Of a stretch of 64,000 nucleotides of DNA, positions 51,795 through 64,000 are shown piece by piece. The position numbers were made by a program, and so were the translations under genes. The DNA is from Sphaerodactylus townsendi (Eukaryota): the NCBI RefSeq assembly GCF_021028975.2, contig NC_059434.1, forward strand, positions 45,570,001 through 45,634,000, written 5' to 3'. The stretch's first letter is position 1. Each line of letters starts with the position of its first letter. The notes beneath the pieces were generated by a model, which saw nothing but the letters and a program-made list of their open reading frames with translations, had not been told where the DNA came from and ran no database searches.

Positions 51795-52108
51795 AAACTA
51801 GCAAGATAAATTCAGAAATGTATAAATGGTCCATTACATACATCCAGCTCATTTTTACACATACTTAGAATTTACTTACAGTTTCCAAACACATAATAAT
51901 TAAATTATTTTCTTTTCAAGCTTACTACCATCAAAAGGTAATAAAAATCCATCACCTGCTCTCACAGATGAGCACGCAAAAAGATACAAGTAGGGCCAAG
52001 TGAACATACTTTTACATATAACCCTTGAATGAGAACAACCTTAGAAGTTCACAGGGTTGAAAGCAATTGTTCCCTCCAGTAACATTGAGAATTCAGAAAG
52101 GGTTAGGC

Positions 52109-52240
52109 CAGGGGTAGGGAACCTGCGGCTCTCCAGATGTTCAGGAACTACAATTCCCATCAGCCTCTGTCAGCATGGTCAATTGGCCATGCTGGTAGGG
52201 GCTGATGGGAATTGTAGTTCCTGAACATCTGGAGCCCCTG
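52109..52240. mobile_element. hAT (Buster-type) palindromic MITE in the presumptive FHDC1 3' UTR
   Basis: 8-bp TSD GGTTAGGC. Perfect 35-bp arms at 52131-52165 and 52200-52234. Right subterminal deletion. Confidence 0.9.
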
Positions 52241-53915
52241 GGTTAGGCCAACCATGGCAAGGGGGGGGGGCTTGCATAGAAAGCCCAACAGTGCATTGGA
52301 TGGCATTTTTGCATATTTTCCAGAAAGGAGATTTGCAAACCATTCATATAGGAAAAGTATAAGGTGGTGAGATGCAATGGTAAAATTACTAAACTGGATG
52401 ATACGACAATTACTAGTTTATAGAAACATCTGGGCATGTTCTTCACTGTGACAGATGACTCGTCAAAGGGTGGGAAAGAAAGTGGTAGTGATAAAGGGAG
52501 GTGTTATTTATCCAAATAATCCCACTGCATTTTTTTTATTTAAAAAGGTATTCATAAATGAAAAAAATAGCACAGATTTAAATAAAGAGGCTGAACAGCC
52601 GTTTTTCCGCACCTAATATATATATGTACCTGGAAAAGGAGCAGGGAGAAGGCAGCACATATCATGACAGGTTTTCCCTCATTCTTGACATCCTACTCTG
52701 AACTGGTGTCATGTTTTCCTCAGAGCTGTTTCTTTTTTTAAAAAGAACAAAAAGCTTATCAAAAAGTAAAGTTGTAAAAGGTAGTGTTAAAATACATATC
52801 TGAAGCAAATTAAGCTTATTTTACAGTAAAAAAGCACCTTTCGTCATGCATAAAAGGAATTTACGTTTCTTGCCAATTGGTCAAAATGACAAAAGGGAGG
52901 CAGCAAGGAAACCAATGGCTCTGACTAATCAGAGCCATAGCAGCATTTTAAGTCATCTGGTAGTAGCGAAAACCAGTGGAAGAAAAGAGTTGGTAGGAAA
53001 AGTGCTCTGCATGAGGTTGCAGTTTTCATAGGTTTCCACAGCTGCAGAATCTGAGATATGTACTATAAATATGGCACTTTTGTACACCAAAAGCTGGCAA
53101 GTTTGCTTGTGACACAAATCAGGTCACCTATAGTCATCTTCTCTAAAAGCTACCTGTGGTTTCTGAAAGCTGGTGCCTTCAGATAACCCTACTCATTCCA
53201 GCACCAGTCATCCCATCGACTAATCTATTTGTACATGCAAGGCAGTTCTGCTATACTCATGGAGAATCAACATTCTGCCCAGCAGAGTTTCCCCTCCCCC
53301 CTTACACGCACGCACGCACGCACGCATGCAGACACACACACAATTTTTAGACATGCTGCAAATTCAAGGTGGTATTACAACAGCGCCTCCCCCAAACAGC
53401 AGGGTCCTAGTTTACCATTATTGTAGGCCAGCGGTTCATGTGTCCAATTGCCAGCAATGGACTCTGCAAGAGGCACAGTATATTCTTGGAACCAAGGTTT
53501 TAAGTGATTCAAGTCTGCTTTTCACACTTTCCCCCCCAAAGGAGTGCATGACTGCATATTTAGAAACACAGTGATTATTCAAGAACTGAATATAATCTCT
53601 AGTTCTTTTTCTCCCCAGTAGACAAAAGCATTTATCTAGCATGTAAAACCAGTGTGGAGGTATTACGTTTCAAAAGCAAGAAAACTTTGTTTACAGCTAT
53701 TCCATCACAGTCACTTTGAATACATTCAATTCAGACATACAGTAGGATCAAGTCCAGAGAGCTAAGGAGCTTCTCATTTCTGATGCACAATGTACCTTAA
53801 TTACCAGTTGATACTATTAAAATACAACATCTTGGGTGTTTCACAACAGACAACTTGCAGTGCTGAAAAAGCAGGTTTTCACATTCTGTATTGCCAAATG
53901 ATAAACCCCTTATTT

Positions 53916-55874
53916 TCAGAAGCGATTCAGGAATTTCCCTATTGCAGTCTGATTCCCTTCTTTAATTGCCGATTTCTCCATGTTTGTATCATCCCTTAGC
54001 ATAGACTCCATCTTAACACGGAGATGGTCAACAGTGTCAGTGCAGTGTTTAATCATTCTAGCACTATTTGCCCTTTTCAAAGGACTTCCACTGTTTTCTC
54101 TTGGATTAAACTCATCTGACGCTGTTGCTACTCTCATCTTAGGCAGTCTCTGAGACAGAGACCTTGTGAGGGTTGGAGGTCTTGAAGAACCTGGCAATTC
54201 CACCTTTGCACATCTCGAGGAAGAGGCCACTGTATTCCTGGCAAAGCTTGGAACAGGAGCTGGTGTCTTGGGAACAATGACAACTGGGCTTTTGTTAGGA
54301 TCTGTAGGGGACTGGGGTTTGGTCGAAGAGCGGCACATCTTTGTTTCATCATTTTTCGATTTGGGGATGCACCTGACAGGCTTGGAGCTTGGCTTTTTGA
54401 AGGAGCCTTTGTGCTGAAGCTGCTCCCTCTCAAAATGGCCACTGCTTGAACATGAAGTTCCTCGCTGAAATTTTGGCTCCTCTACAGATATGCTTTGCCT
54501 GTACAGAGGTTTTGGCACTGTTTCTGCACCCCGAACAGAATTGCGACGTGACAACCGTGTTTCAGTTACGGTGGTGTCTCGAGGTGCTGGCTTAGCCTCT
54601 GGCTTTTTTGTACAAGTAGGGGGTGGTGTTTTAGTTGACCTGGAAATAGGCACGACTTTTCTCATATTTGCATTCTCGGAGACGTTCAGAGTTCTGACTG
54701 GTCTGGGGTGATTGGGAGGTCCACTGCTGGATTTTGTGGAACTTGGAGATTTTTCTTTTAGGGAGTTTCTCTTTGGTCCTGATGCATCTTTGTTCTTTAC
54801 ATGTTTTTCTTTAGGATGTCCAAGCTTGCTGCTAGTGTCTTCTTTATCATCTGGAAATGATGAATTGACACCCAAAAGGGATCTGCCACCAGTTTGCAGG
54901 TCGTTCATAAAAAGGGCCATAGCACCATCTTCCTTTTTTATTTTGTTGCCATCGAGTTTTGCATCATTTCCCTCTGACAAATCCAGTGCTAAGGAATAGT
55001 CTGTATCTGACATACAGAAGACTGGTCCATGTACCTTATTTCCTGAAACACTACTATCTGTAGAAGTGGGGCTATCACTAAGTTCTGGAGCTTCATGTTC
55101 GACTTTATGAACAGTTTCTCTAGATGTTCTGGAGGATGGTACTGGATCACCTGTGATGCCAACAGAGTGGAAGCCTGAATCACCCAGAGTCTTCACATTT
55201 GTTCCACCAATCTCAAAATGAACTGTGGATGGGTCTTCTGTAGCATTTGCTCCATTGAGGTCAAATTTAATCAGCCCAGTAACAAGTTCGTGTTCCTCAA
55301 CAGACAGGTCCCATGGGGCTGTAGCTGTGGCTTCCATAGAAGGCACACTGAACCCATACTTGTCACTATCTACACTGTCTTGTTCATTGGCAGTGTCTAA
55401 TTCTTCTATATCTTCTATGAGACCAGACTGAGGTGGAGGTGACTGCACGTAATTGCAGCCCATGCCTTCTCCAGATGTTCGATGTGAGTTAGTTAAACGA
55501 TGCTCTCTAGATTGTTCCGATTCAGACCAAGCTACACTGGGTCTTGCTTGTGCACTGGGGAGGCTGCTTGACTTGAGTGGCTCCTCGTCCTTTGAGATCT
55601 CTAGGAAAGCCAACAGTTCTCGGTCTGCAGTGATTCCCAAGGAATGCCGGGAGCGCCTAATGCTGGCATTTCTGTAGGCAGGACTTTGGGGTCTCTGCTG
55701 CAAAAAGGGCAGAAAATCTTCAAGTCCTCTCCTAGTCAGTGTACCAACATCACTTTCGCTGCTGCTTCTGCCCAAAGCCCCGAGATCTCCAACAACCCAT
55801 GACAGACGTTTTTCCTCCCGTTCCTTTAATCGCTGCCGCTGCTGAAGTTCATGGGTCTCTCTCTCTTTGTTTTC
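53916..55874 (-). CDS. FHDC1: FH2 domain-containing protein 1 (INF1 formin), terminal coding exon
   Basis: Acceptor tttctaaatag|GAA at 55874. Open frame ENKERETHELQQRQRLKEREEKRLSW..GRSSSE..LPFL..RRSRHSLG..RTLNVSENANMRKVVPISR..PSFARNTVASSSR to TGA at 53916-53918. Matches the FHDC1 post-FH2 and C-terminal microtubule-binding motifs. Confidence 0.93.
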   Translation of the reverse strand, partial: ENKERETHELQQRQRLKEREEKRLSWVVGDLGALGRSSSESDVGTLTRRGLEDFLPFLQQRPQSPAYRNASIRRSRHSLGITADRELLAFLEISKDEEPLKSSSLPSAQARPSVAWSESEQSREHRLTNSHRTSGEGMGCNYVQSPPPQSGLIEDIEELDTANEQDSVDSDKYGFSVPSMEATATAPWDLSVEEHELVTGLIKFDLNGANATEDPSTVHFEIGGTNVKTLGDSGFHSVGITGDPVPSSRTSRETVHKVEHEAPELSDSPTSTDSSVSGNKVHGPVFCMSDTDYSLALDLSEGNDAKLDGNKIKKEDGAMALFMNDLQTGGRSLLGVNSSFPDDKEDTSSKLGHPKEKHVKNKDASGPKRNSLKEKSPSSTKSSSGPPNHPRPVRTLNVSENANMRKVVPISRSTKTPPPTCTKKPEAKPAPRDTTVTETRLSRRNSVRGAETVPKPLYRQSISVEEPKFQRGTSCSSSGHFEREQLQHKGSFKKPSSKPVRCIPKSKNDETKMCRSSTKPQSPTDPNKSPVVIVPKTPAPVPSFARNTVASSSRCAKVELPGSSRPPTLTRSLSQRLPKMRVATASDEFNPRENSGSPLKRANSARMIKHCTDTVDHLRVKMESMLRDDTNMEKSAIKEGNQTAIGKFLNRF

Positions 55875-56149
55875 CTATTTAGAAATAGAGATGAAAAATT
55901 TCAAAATGAAAATATTTTAAACATTCTTTGTACCTATCCTCTTCACTCTTCTCTGACTTGCAAAAAACACTGAGTTTAATGATGGAATTCATATTATCAT
56001 GGCAACCAATTTCTAATGTGGTATCAGATAGATGGCCCAGGCTATCCTGATCTCAATATATCTTGACAGCAATGCAGTGCTGGCCCTGACCCAGCTGTAT
56101 CCTTCAGACATGAGGCCAACAAGAAGTCTAGATCCATCATCACCTCTCA

Positions 56150-56655
56150 AATATACACAACCACTAGCCAAGTCCAAGAGTGCAGCTCTTATTCTCCATT
56201 ATTTTTTTGGAATTACTCCCCAGAAATTCTACCCTGGTACTTACCTGGACCAACTGGTAAATTATAAACTTAGATGGGTTATGACCAGAGCAACATGTAA
56301 CTCCTTTCCCTCAGCTTTACTCCAAGATTGTTTTTCTATTATCGCTCATCTTGAGTGACGCTGCCTGTTCTGACTCCATATACCAGACTCGCTTGCTCAT
56401 GTCTTGCTCCACTGCCCTAAACATAATAATCTTATATCTGACCTGGCTGCATTATTTCCTACAGGATTTGCGTCTCTTCCAGACAAAATAAAAATTATTA
56501 AGTTACTGGATAATCCAGAGGTAGAAATATCCGAAGCTGTAGCCAAATTCTTAATACGTGCTTTGCATGCCTAGTAATAATGTTCTTTTAACTGTAACTT
56601 TATTTAGTTTGAACTATTTTGGGTTTTTTTTCTAATGCCTATTAAAAGTTTCTGA
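56150..56655 (+). mobile_element. LINE 3' end (RTE-X-like) in an FHDC1 intron
   Basis: YLDQL..RWVMTRATCNSFPSALL..DSLAHVLLHC..EAVAKFLIRA*, then an AT-rich tail with ATTAAA. Same C-terminal pattern as 17228-17645. Confidence 0.7.
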
Positions 56656-57844
56656 AATCTGGCAAAGAAGTCTAGGTTTGTTATGTAGAGGAACACTATG
56701 GCAAACCAGCTCTGTGCATCTCTTGCCTATGGTAGTACTGTAAGTTAGCTGTAACTTGATGGCATTTTCATCACTACTAGATGAAGGAGAGAACAAGGTT
56801 GCTTCTGTTTAGCACAGAAAGTGTTGTGAAAGCCTCTCATATTTTATTTAATTATGTTGAGGCCTCCATTAAAAATTCAGTTAGGTTGTGAAGCTCAATA
56901 AACTTCCAATTCAAAATATATACCCCAAATAATCCAAATACTACATATGGCTAAAGTCTTGGCCAAGTTCGACTTTACTTACATGCATTCAAAACATTAA
57001 AAAATTCAGAAGATACACACACACATATACATATACATACAAGGTTTGCAAATTAGACCAAGTATAGAATTAACTCCAAAAGTATTTTTTATTTAAAAGG
57101 AGCAATAAATTTTTAATCCCTTCTTAGAAATTAAAACACTTTAATCCCTGGTTTTTCCAAGGAAAGTTTTGAAATTTAACTGTATGCAGTGTAAAAACAC
57201 TGAAAAACCCAAAAATCTTGAAATCTTAGAACTTTAGGGCCCAGCTATACTTAACAGTGTCCCTAGGCCTGACTTGTGAAGACTGCTGCCATTTTAAAAC
57301 CAAATGAGCGACTTTGAAGGTGCCACAGTGCAGAGAAATTTCTTTTCCCTGTGCCTTTTCAAGTGCTGAAATATCTGCACCCCTCCCCCGCCCAAGCAAA
57401 TGCAAAGGTGTTTGGCAGGGAGAACAAAAGTACGTCATGGCACTGTGCTGTAGTCCCAATCAGGACCATACCACTGCAACATTATTAAATTAACTCATGG
57501 GAGTTCAAAATGGTGGCAACATCCACAGGTCAGACCCAGGGATGCTTTCATGACTAGTTGGGTCCTATTCTTTTATAACCAGAATGGCTGGCATAGGTCT
57601 CTCGTTATTCTCTTGTCACAGCTACCTTTGACAAGACTGGTGAAACAGCACGTTATCACCATGATTATAGTTAATGTGTGACTTTATGCAGGCTCACAAT
57701 TTGATGTTCCAAAGCAAGATTCAACAACTTCTGAACCTCAGCTTTCTACACCTTATAACAATGAAACTGTATGAGCGAACTTCTCATGCCAGAGTAGATC
57801 TGACATTGACTTGTGTACCCACTATCATGACTTGGATATCTCAG

Positions 57845-58030
57845 GCCAGCCAGATCTTGTCAGATCTCAGAAGCTAAGCAAGGTCAGTCCTGGCTAGTAC
57901 TTTGATGGGAGACAACCAAAGAAAACAGGTTACTATGCAGAGGAAGATAAGAACATAAGAACATAAGATGATGGCAAACCACCTTTGGAAGTCTGTTGCC
58001 TTGAAAACCCTACTGGTTGTTGTAAGTCAG
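57845..58030 (+). mobile_element. 5S rRNA-derived SINE with a Sauria/RTE-type 3' part
   Basis: GATCTTGTCAGATCTCAGAAGCTAAGCAAGGTCAG..TAGTACTTTGATGGGAGAC (5S-like), followed by ATGGCAAACCACC..CCTTGAAAACCC..TAAGTCAG..ACTTGA. Confidence 0.72.
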
Positions 58031-59405
58031 TTGCCACTTGATCACACTTAACATACGTAGAGTACCCACTGCCCTTTCCCATGGATCAGTGTAAGTAGAA
58101 CCACCACAAAAGTACATGCAAATGAACTTAATTTACCTGAAGAACAATTGTGGCAGCTGTGATCTTCACATAGTAGTTCTAGGCAACTTAACATGGTGAG
58201 GAATAATTGGAGGTTGGGGAATTAGATTTTTTAGCAGACTTGGATCAAAGGAGTTTATCCCCTGACACACTGACACTATATCAAAATTACTACTTATACT
58301 GCACAACAGTGCATTTTGCTTTCATCTCAACAACCCCTGGCAGTAGATTAATATTTCCAGCTGTGGATTTGTTCATCAAATCTGCTAATGTCAACTACAG
58401 TTGGCATTACACGACCAAGCCTTGAGCTCATGCACCCGAGCAGAGGTCTGGAGGGCAAGGGCAGACTAACATTTGCCAGTCTAGATATAATGGCAAACTA
58501 TGATTTACACTAATCAGGAAGCAACTAATTGAATCGGAACACCTGAGGAGAAGACGGCAGGGTAAGGGTGAAGGAGAATGTGCACGCCCCAGGGCTTGGT
58601 CGTATAACATCAATTCACAGGTTGGTATATTGTGCAGAAAGTGACCTTGCAACTTGCCAAGTCTGTTTAAGCAAGTCTACGTTTAGTAGGAATTAGAGCA
58701 GAGGTCTTCGATGACTAAGTGTCCAAAGCTTCTCCCTTTTCTTCCGTTCCCTTCCAAATGCTCTTTCTATGCAGGCAAATCAGAAATATGAACTAGCACA
58801 GTTTTTATTTCTCAAGAACATTTTTTCCCTGCCAGAAGCATACACTGAGTACGCCTGCATCTGATTTCAAGGCCACACATGCATGACCTCTTGGATTAAA
58901 GGAGCCAAACGCTGCTACGTACACAGTGCTGTCTCCAGGCACTTTGCCTATTGTCATTATACAAGCACAGCAAAGATTACAGTGTTTGCATGCCACAGGC
59001 ACAGCGACCTCTCATGTGGCCACCTGCATTTTCATTTCTAGACAATAGCTTGTGTTGTCTCTTTCCCTAACCTAATTTTTGGGCTACAGAAGAATCTCAC
59101 CAGGACACAAGATGTAGCCAATAACACCCTTATCCAACTGAATACGGTACGAACTAAGTAAAGAGAATACTGGGAATGCTTGCAAGAAAAGAACAGGCTT
59201 AAAAGATAACTAGCAGACAAGCAAATTTAAATTGCTGTACCTCGGGAACCTTTTGAATAGCAAAGTGCTGAGATTTCTTTGTTAAGGACAACATAAACCC
59301 TGGATGTTGACAGTCTTGTTCCATTACAACAAAACTAACCCTATGAGATTCTTGGACACAAAGAATCAGTAGATGTTCAGTGATAAAAAACTAGATTTTC
59401 CTTAC

Positions 59406-59570
59406 CTTAACTGCTTTGTTGAACCTTAGGCAAAAATCCCTGAATATCTGAAAGCAGTCCTCCAGTTTCACTGTTTCTTTATCTTCACACAGGAAGTCCA
59501 TCAGGGCATTTGCTTCTTTCAGCAGGTCCCGCTTCCACTGTTCAAGCTCTTTTATTTCTTTTACAGCAAA
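59406..59570 (-). CDS. FHDC1: FHDC1 penultimate coding exon (C-terminal FH2 helix)
   Basis: ttatttaaag|TTT..AAG|gtaag. 165 nt, phase 0/0. FAVKEIKELEQWKRDLLKEANALMDFLCEDKETVKLEDCFQIFRDFCLRFNKAVK. Splices in frame to 55874. Upstream exons appear to lie beyond the window. Confidence 0.95.
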
Positions 59571-61167
59571 CTTTAAATAAAAAAACACACACACTTGTTA
59601 AGTCCAACTAGATATGGATGAACAGTCAGTTGCCTATGGAGGTGTGAATTTTAAAGAGCCATAAAATCCAGAATTAATGCAGCTGGAGAAAGATTATCAT
59701 GCTGAAAGCAATGGCCCTTAATGTATATGCGTAACTGTGTTCAACCGGAGACAAATGTGAACTACTTTTTTAAAGAATACACAAAATTGAAAGACAAGTT
59801 TTTATTAGATGATGGTGGGATGAACACATACAGGCCACTGTATTGCCACATGCAACACACTGGAAAAATGCTCTCCCTTTTATGTTGCCCTCCCTTGTAT
59901 CAAAATTTAAACAGTAGGTTATTCAGCCCTGTCTTCTTGTAAGCAAAGGACCATGCATGTTGATGCTCTGTAAAAATCATGTTTTACAAGCTATTGTTTC
60001 CATCCAGAGGCAAAGCTCAGTGTGCTGAACAGCCATTTCGGCAAACTGAGACCAACTGTACAACAAACTGAAATGTATTTTCAATAAATAACAGTTCTAG
60101 AAGCAAAAGCATCCTGGCAAATGTAGCAGTTTAATTCTTATTATATCCTGATAACATTACTCCATTCAGTAGTGAAATGCTGACTTCTATTCTAACAAAA
60201 GCAGCAAAGCCAGGACACTCACAGGCAAGGGAAGGGTCTTTTCATTCTCAGGAGACATTAGAAGAATGATTTTGATGATTAACAAAAAGGACAAAATATC
60301 TTTAAAATGGATTGACAAGAGCTCAACACACTTCAGAAAATGTCAAAGGGAGAAGACTGACAGTTAAAATGACAGGAGCGGGGAGAGAAGAAAAATGAAT
60401 TTGCTGACACTCCTGAAAACTCACAGAATCCTGGGAGGGGTAATTCTAAGGATGGGATGAAACAGAATTTCCAAGTTGCTGCCACCCCTCCCAACATGAC
60501 AGCCCTCAGTAAGCTAAGATTCTTTTACCTGGCCATGCTGCACCCAACTGTATGAAGAAAATTACTCACATGAGTAGTCTCTGCAAACCAATTGCTACAT
60601 TGTGTTGTTACTCAAGTCTACCCAACTCAAGCACAGACACAGGCATTAACAAGCTTATCCCACTGCAAATTAGTTCTGCCTAGTACTTTTTTCTTCCACC
60701 CTTCTACCAATATGTATGATTCTCCTATTCCTATTTCATACTTCTAACAAGTATACAAGTTGGATAAGTATGAAAATACAGCTGGGATAGAATGCGGTTT
60801 TGAACCCAGCTGTTCCTATTTCTAGATCAACAACTATACCTCACTGGGTTTTTTATCCTCTCAATGACATCAAAGACACAGTAGTATCATTTTGGAATGA
60901 CATTTGGTTTTTAGCAACTAAAATGAATCAGAAAGGATAGCTAAGATTTTAGACTTTGAACACTGGTTTCTGGAAGAAAGTGGATAAAGGAAGAGAAACC
61001 TGCACAAGTCACAATAATGTGAAGAAGCAGTTGGCACTTCTGTTACCTTTGGTATGTGTTAGGGCAACTACAGCTAATATTTAGGGACTGCGGATTACAT
61101 TTGAGGGGTCATAAATAAAAATACATCAAAATGGTGTCTGATCCTTGGTGCACAAGGTATATTTTAG

Positions 61168-61397
61168 TACAGTTTGATGCAGAGATTAGATTGTCATACA
61201 AGGATCTGGAACACCCGGGTTTGAAGCCTTACTCTGCCATGGCAGCTTGACAGCTAACCTTTGCTTAGTCACTCCTTCTCACCCTAACCTACTTCACAGG
61301 GTTGCTGTCAAGGTAAAATGAAGAAGGGAATTATAAGCTGCTTTGGATCCCCATTAGGGAGGAAACCAGAATGTAAAGATCTAAATAAGTAAATGAA
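61168..61397 (+). mobile_element. Squam3-like SINE
   Basis: GGATCTGGAACACCCGGGTTTGAAGCC..CCTAACCTACTTCACAGGGTTG..AATAAGTAAATG tail. Confidence 0.6.
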
Positions 61398-63465
61398 CAA
61401 TATTGCAGAGGTAAATATATGTCCCATTGTAATGTAGGAAGCTAGTTACCATTCTTATCAATGGCATAGGAGTGGGAAATGGCCTGTGTACCACTTTAGA
61501 GTCACCTTTCAAAATGCTAACTGAGAAGATGCTCAGCTTCTTTGGCACTTCTCCCTACAACTATCTTCTGCAAGGCAGACCTGTGCTGAGCAGTTGCAAA
61601 CTGCAAGTCTTCAGAAAAAAAATGTGACTCAGAAGAACTCACCCTGCCTTTCGAACTGTAAAATGAGAAGCTGCCATTTGGTAAATATGGCTTCTTGGGA
61701 ACACTTCTTGTGAAACTCAAATCAAATGAGAGATTTGACAAACAGAGTTCAAGTGACAAATGTTTAATCAAGATAACATGCCACAGCCCTCTGAATTTTA
61801 GCAAGATAGCTTTCTTCATGTTCCTTCTTTGCCAACAAATATTCTGCACACTGGCATTTACAAAACAAAATGAGATTCATCCAGCACTTTCATGACTAAT
61901 TAAAAACATGAAAAAACCTCTCTGACAGAAACTGTAAGCTTTTGAGGGGTGAGGGGTGGGTGGTGGGTGGGAGGTTTTCTAAAAAAATTGGAGTTCAACG
62001 GGGCAGCTTATTTAGAGTTACAATCTTCACAGAGACAGATAAATCTTAGATTTTTATCATTGTAAGCCACTTTGCTGATCTTTAGGGATAAATGTTTTCA
62101 CTATATAAGATAAATAATTCCCGTGAGAAACAAGATAAGTCGGTGAAGCCAAAGTCAAGTCCATCCTTCTTTGTCTCCGTTAGACAAGGCTCAGTAGCAT
62201 ACATTTTGCTACTGTGAAAGGATCTGAGGCAGTAGATATTATGAAGGACCTTGATTTACCTACATAACTTATGGTAAACATTATATCTACACTTAGCAAG
62301 CTATGGTCAAGGTTGCTTCTCTGATTGTCCAGGCTCTCTGCTTACTAGGTGACGGCAAAGTCTCACCAGAGTAGGGTCAGAACTTAGCTGGCAAACTAAT
62401 GCATGGATTTACTGAGCATTTAGGATCTTAATTAGCCTTATGACAACAAATGATGGCACTTGTGGTCAAGGTTTGTAAGTTATAGTTTCCATGTTATAGC
62501 TGAGGGAAAGAACAAACAACACTAATTGCTTGTATATTATTACGAACCAAACCTTACTTTGGCATTAGCAATTACCACAGGTAAACTGAACACAGAGAAA
62601 AGAGTCTCTCTTGATGTTTTCAATATCCACAGAAGAACTACACGGATTTTTAATGCAGGCGTCAATTTACTGAAAGCACAAAGCCAGTGTTCCTTTCTGC
62701 AGTGCTCTCCCAACAAGATTTCAAACGAAATCGAAGTATTTCCTCTTATTGAATCTGTTGTGAAACACAACATCTATTGAAGCTAAAGAAGAGGCTACAG
62801 CTGATCTGACACAGTTGCACACATGCTAAGCATGGTGTTACTCTATTGCACTAATGTATGGAAAGAAATAGAGAGAAGCAGGCTCGGTTTCCTGTTCTCT
62901 AACAATTTTGTTATCCATTTCACAAGAAACAAAGCATGCCTGTGAGCAAGGGACTATCAGCAGGGATTCAGAAGTACTCGCACATTTTAAGCTTCTCTGT
63001 GCAGCCACGAGAACTACAACTTTATGCTGTTCACAAATGAAAGCTGTGCTTGTCAGAAAGTTGACAGATGCCCTGGCACCAAAGTAGAAGCTAAATTATG
63101 TGATTTACAATATGAGGTCAGCTATCCCTTAAGCTATGCTGCACAGTGCCTGGTTTTAAATGGAAACTTTATTCCTCAAAAGTGCTTACAATGGGTATTA
63201 AAGGCAAAACAAAACTACCAATTAAAAAAAAAGATTGAGAGAGCGCCTGCAAGGAAAAAGGAAAACAGTGATGCCTTGTAGCACTTTCCAGAATTATGTG
63301 TATTTCTGATGAGGACCAAAGCTTTTTTAAAAATAAAGTTGTTCACTAGCAACATTTAACCTGGGAATATTACAACACTTTAGATGTCCAGCTTAGCACA
63401 ATTTCCTTCAAAATGCAACATATCCATCTTATGCTGAGTAGCAGAGAGATACAAATAACCTGGAG

Positions 63466-63785
63466 CAGGGGTGTCAAACTTATTTGTTACAAGAGCCAGA
63501 TATGAATAAATATGAATTAGTCAGGCTGGGCCCGGTGGGGGGATATCTGCCTCAGCTGGCTCCAGAATGGCACTGGAAGGGTGCCTAGACTGGCAAGACT
63601 GTAGCAGGGTGGGATGGCTGCCTTGAGATGGCTGATCAGGTCCATGACCGCACCCCCCCCCCCCCCCCGCTTGCCCGTGATCTGGCCAGATCGGGAGTGA
63701 GGGCGCTGCCTCAGTTGGCTCATGGGCATGATAAGTCCACTCAACAGGCTGGATTTTGCCCCCATCTGCATATTTGACACTGCTA
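63466..63785. mobile_element. hAT (Charlie/Buster-like) non-autonomous element
   Basis: CAGGGGTGTCAAAC / TTTGACACTGCTA termini. 8-bp TSD ACCTGGAG / ACCTAGAG (1 mismatch). Confidence 0.72.
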
Positions 63786-64000
63786 ACCTAGAGCTATGGG
63801 TTAGCACTTTCCACAGAAACAAAAAAGGTACCTGGCTAAACCCCAAGGTCAATATACTATGCTTTCTTCTGTATAAAAACCACTGTCTTAAAATGCTTAC
63901 AAGTGACAAGCAGAATTGCAGAAGGAAAACTGCTGAAGAGCCAATTGAAGCAAAATCTGGGTAGTTTGTTAGGCATACCAATGTAAATGCAGACAATGGA

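Noticed and set aside
52999-53077. miR-17-family (GCACUUU) and miR-183 (GUGCCAUA) seed matches in the FHDC1 3' UTR
   Set aside because: Short matches are expected by chance, and conservation cannot be assessed here.
57845-57915. 5S rRNA gene
   Set aside because: Partial and diverged, with no oligo-T terminator, and fused to a SINE body, so it is a 5S-derived SINE.
61517-61849. ORF containing EDLQF as a possible further FHDC1 exon
   Set aside because: No FH2 similarity around it and no suitable splice donor.
63306-63335. CTGATGA hammerhead box
   Set aside because: No stem II or GAAA-NUH arrangement follows.

Overview
This is vertebrate genomic DNA, almost certainly squamate and probably gecko, judging by the Squam-type and 5S-derived SINEs, BovB, and lizard-type hAT, Harbinger and Penelope repeats. 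The only clear protein-coding sequence is the 3' end of the formin FHDC1 (INF1) on the minus strand: a 165-nt FH2 exon (59406-59570), a 1959-nt terminal coding exon (53916-55874) and a likely 3' UTR ending near 51770. The rest is intergenic or intronic DNA rich in transposons: Harbinger-type MITEs with 3-bp TSDs, hAT MITEs with 8-bp TSDs, one clear and one probable solo LTR, LINE and SINE fragments, and two Penelope-like elements. A non-repeat CpG island at about 8.4-9.3 kb is plausibly the TRIM2 upstream promoter by synteny. There is a 131-N assembly gap. The most interesting observations are: (1) an intact-looking hammerhead ribozyme core inside a 165-nt Penelope palindrome near the CpG island; (2) a decayed minus-strand coding relic at 13.0-14.5 kb laid out like a viral envelope protein; (3) a 128-bp spacerless GC-rich palindrome in a young MITE; (4) a templated inverted duplication at 1.9-2.4 kb; (5) a hairpin MITE in the FHDC1 3' UTR between two poly(A) signals. 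No CRISPR array, rRNA gene or true tRNA gene was found. All repeat-family names come from my own recognition, not database searches.
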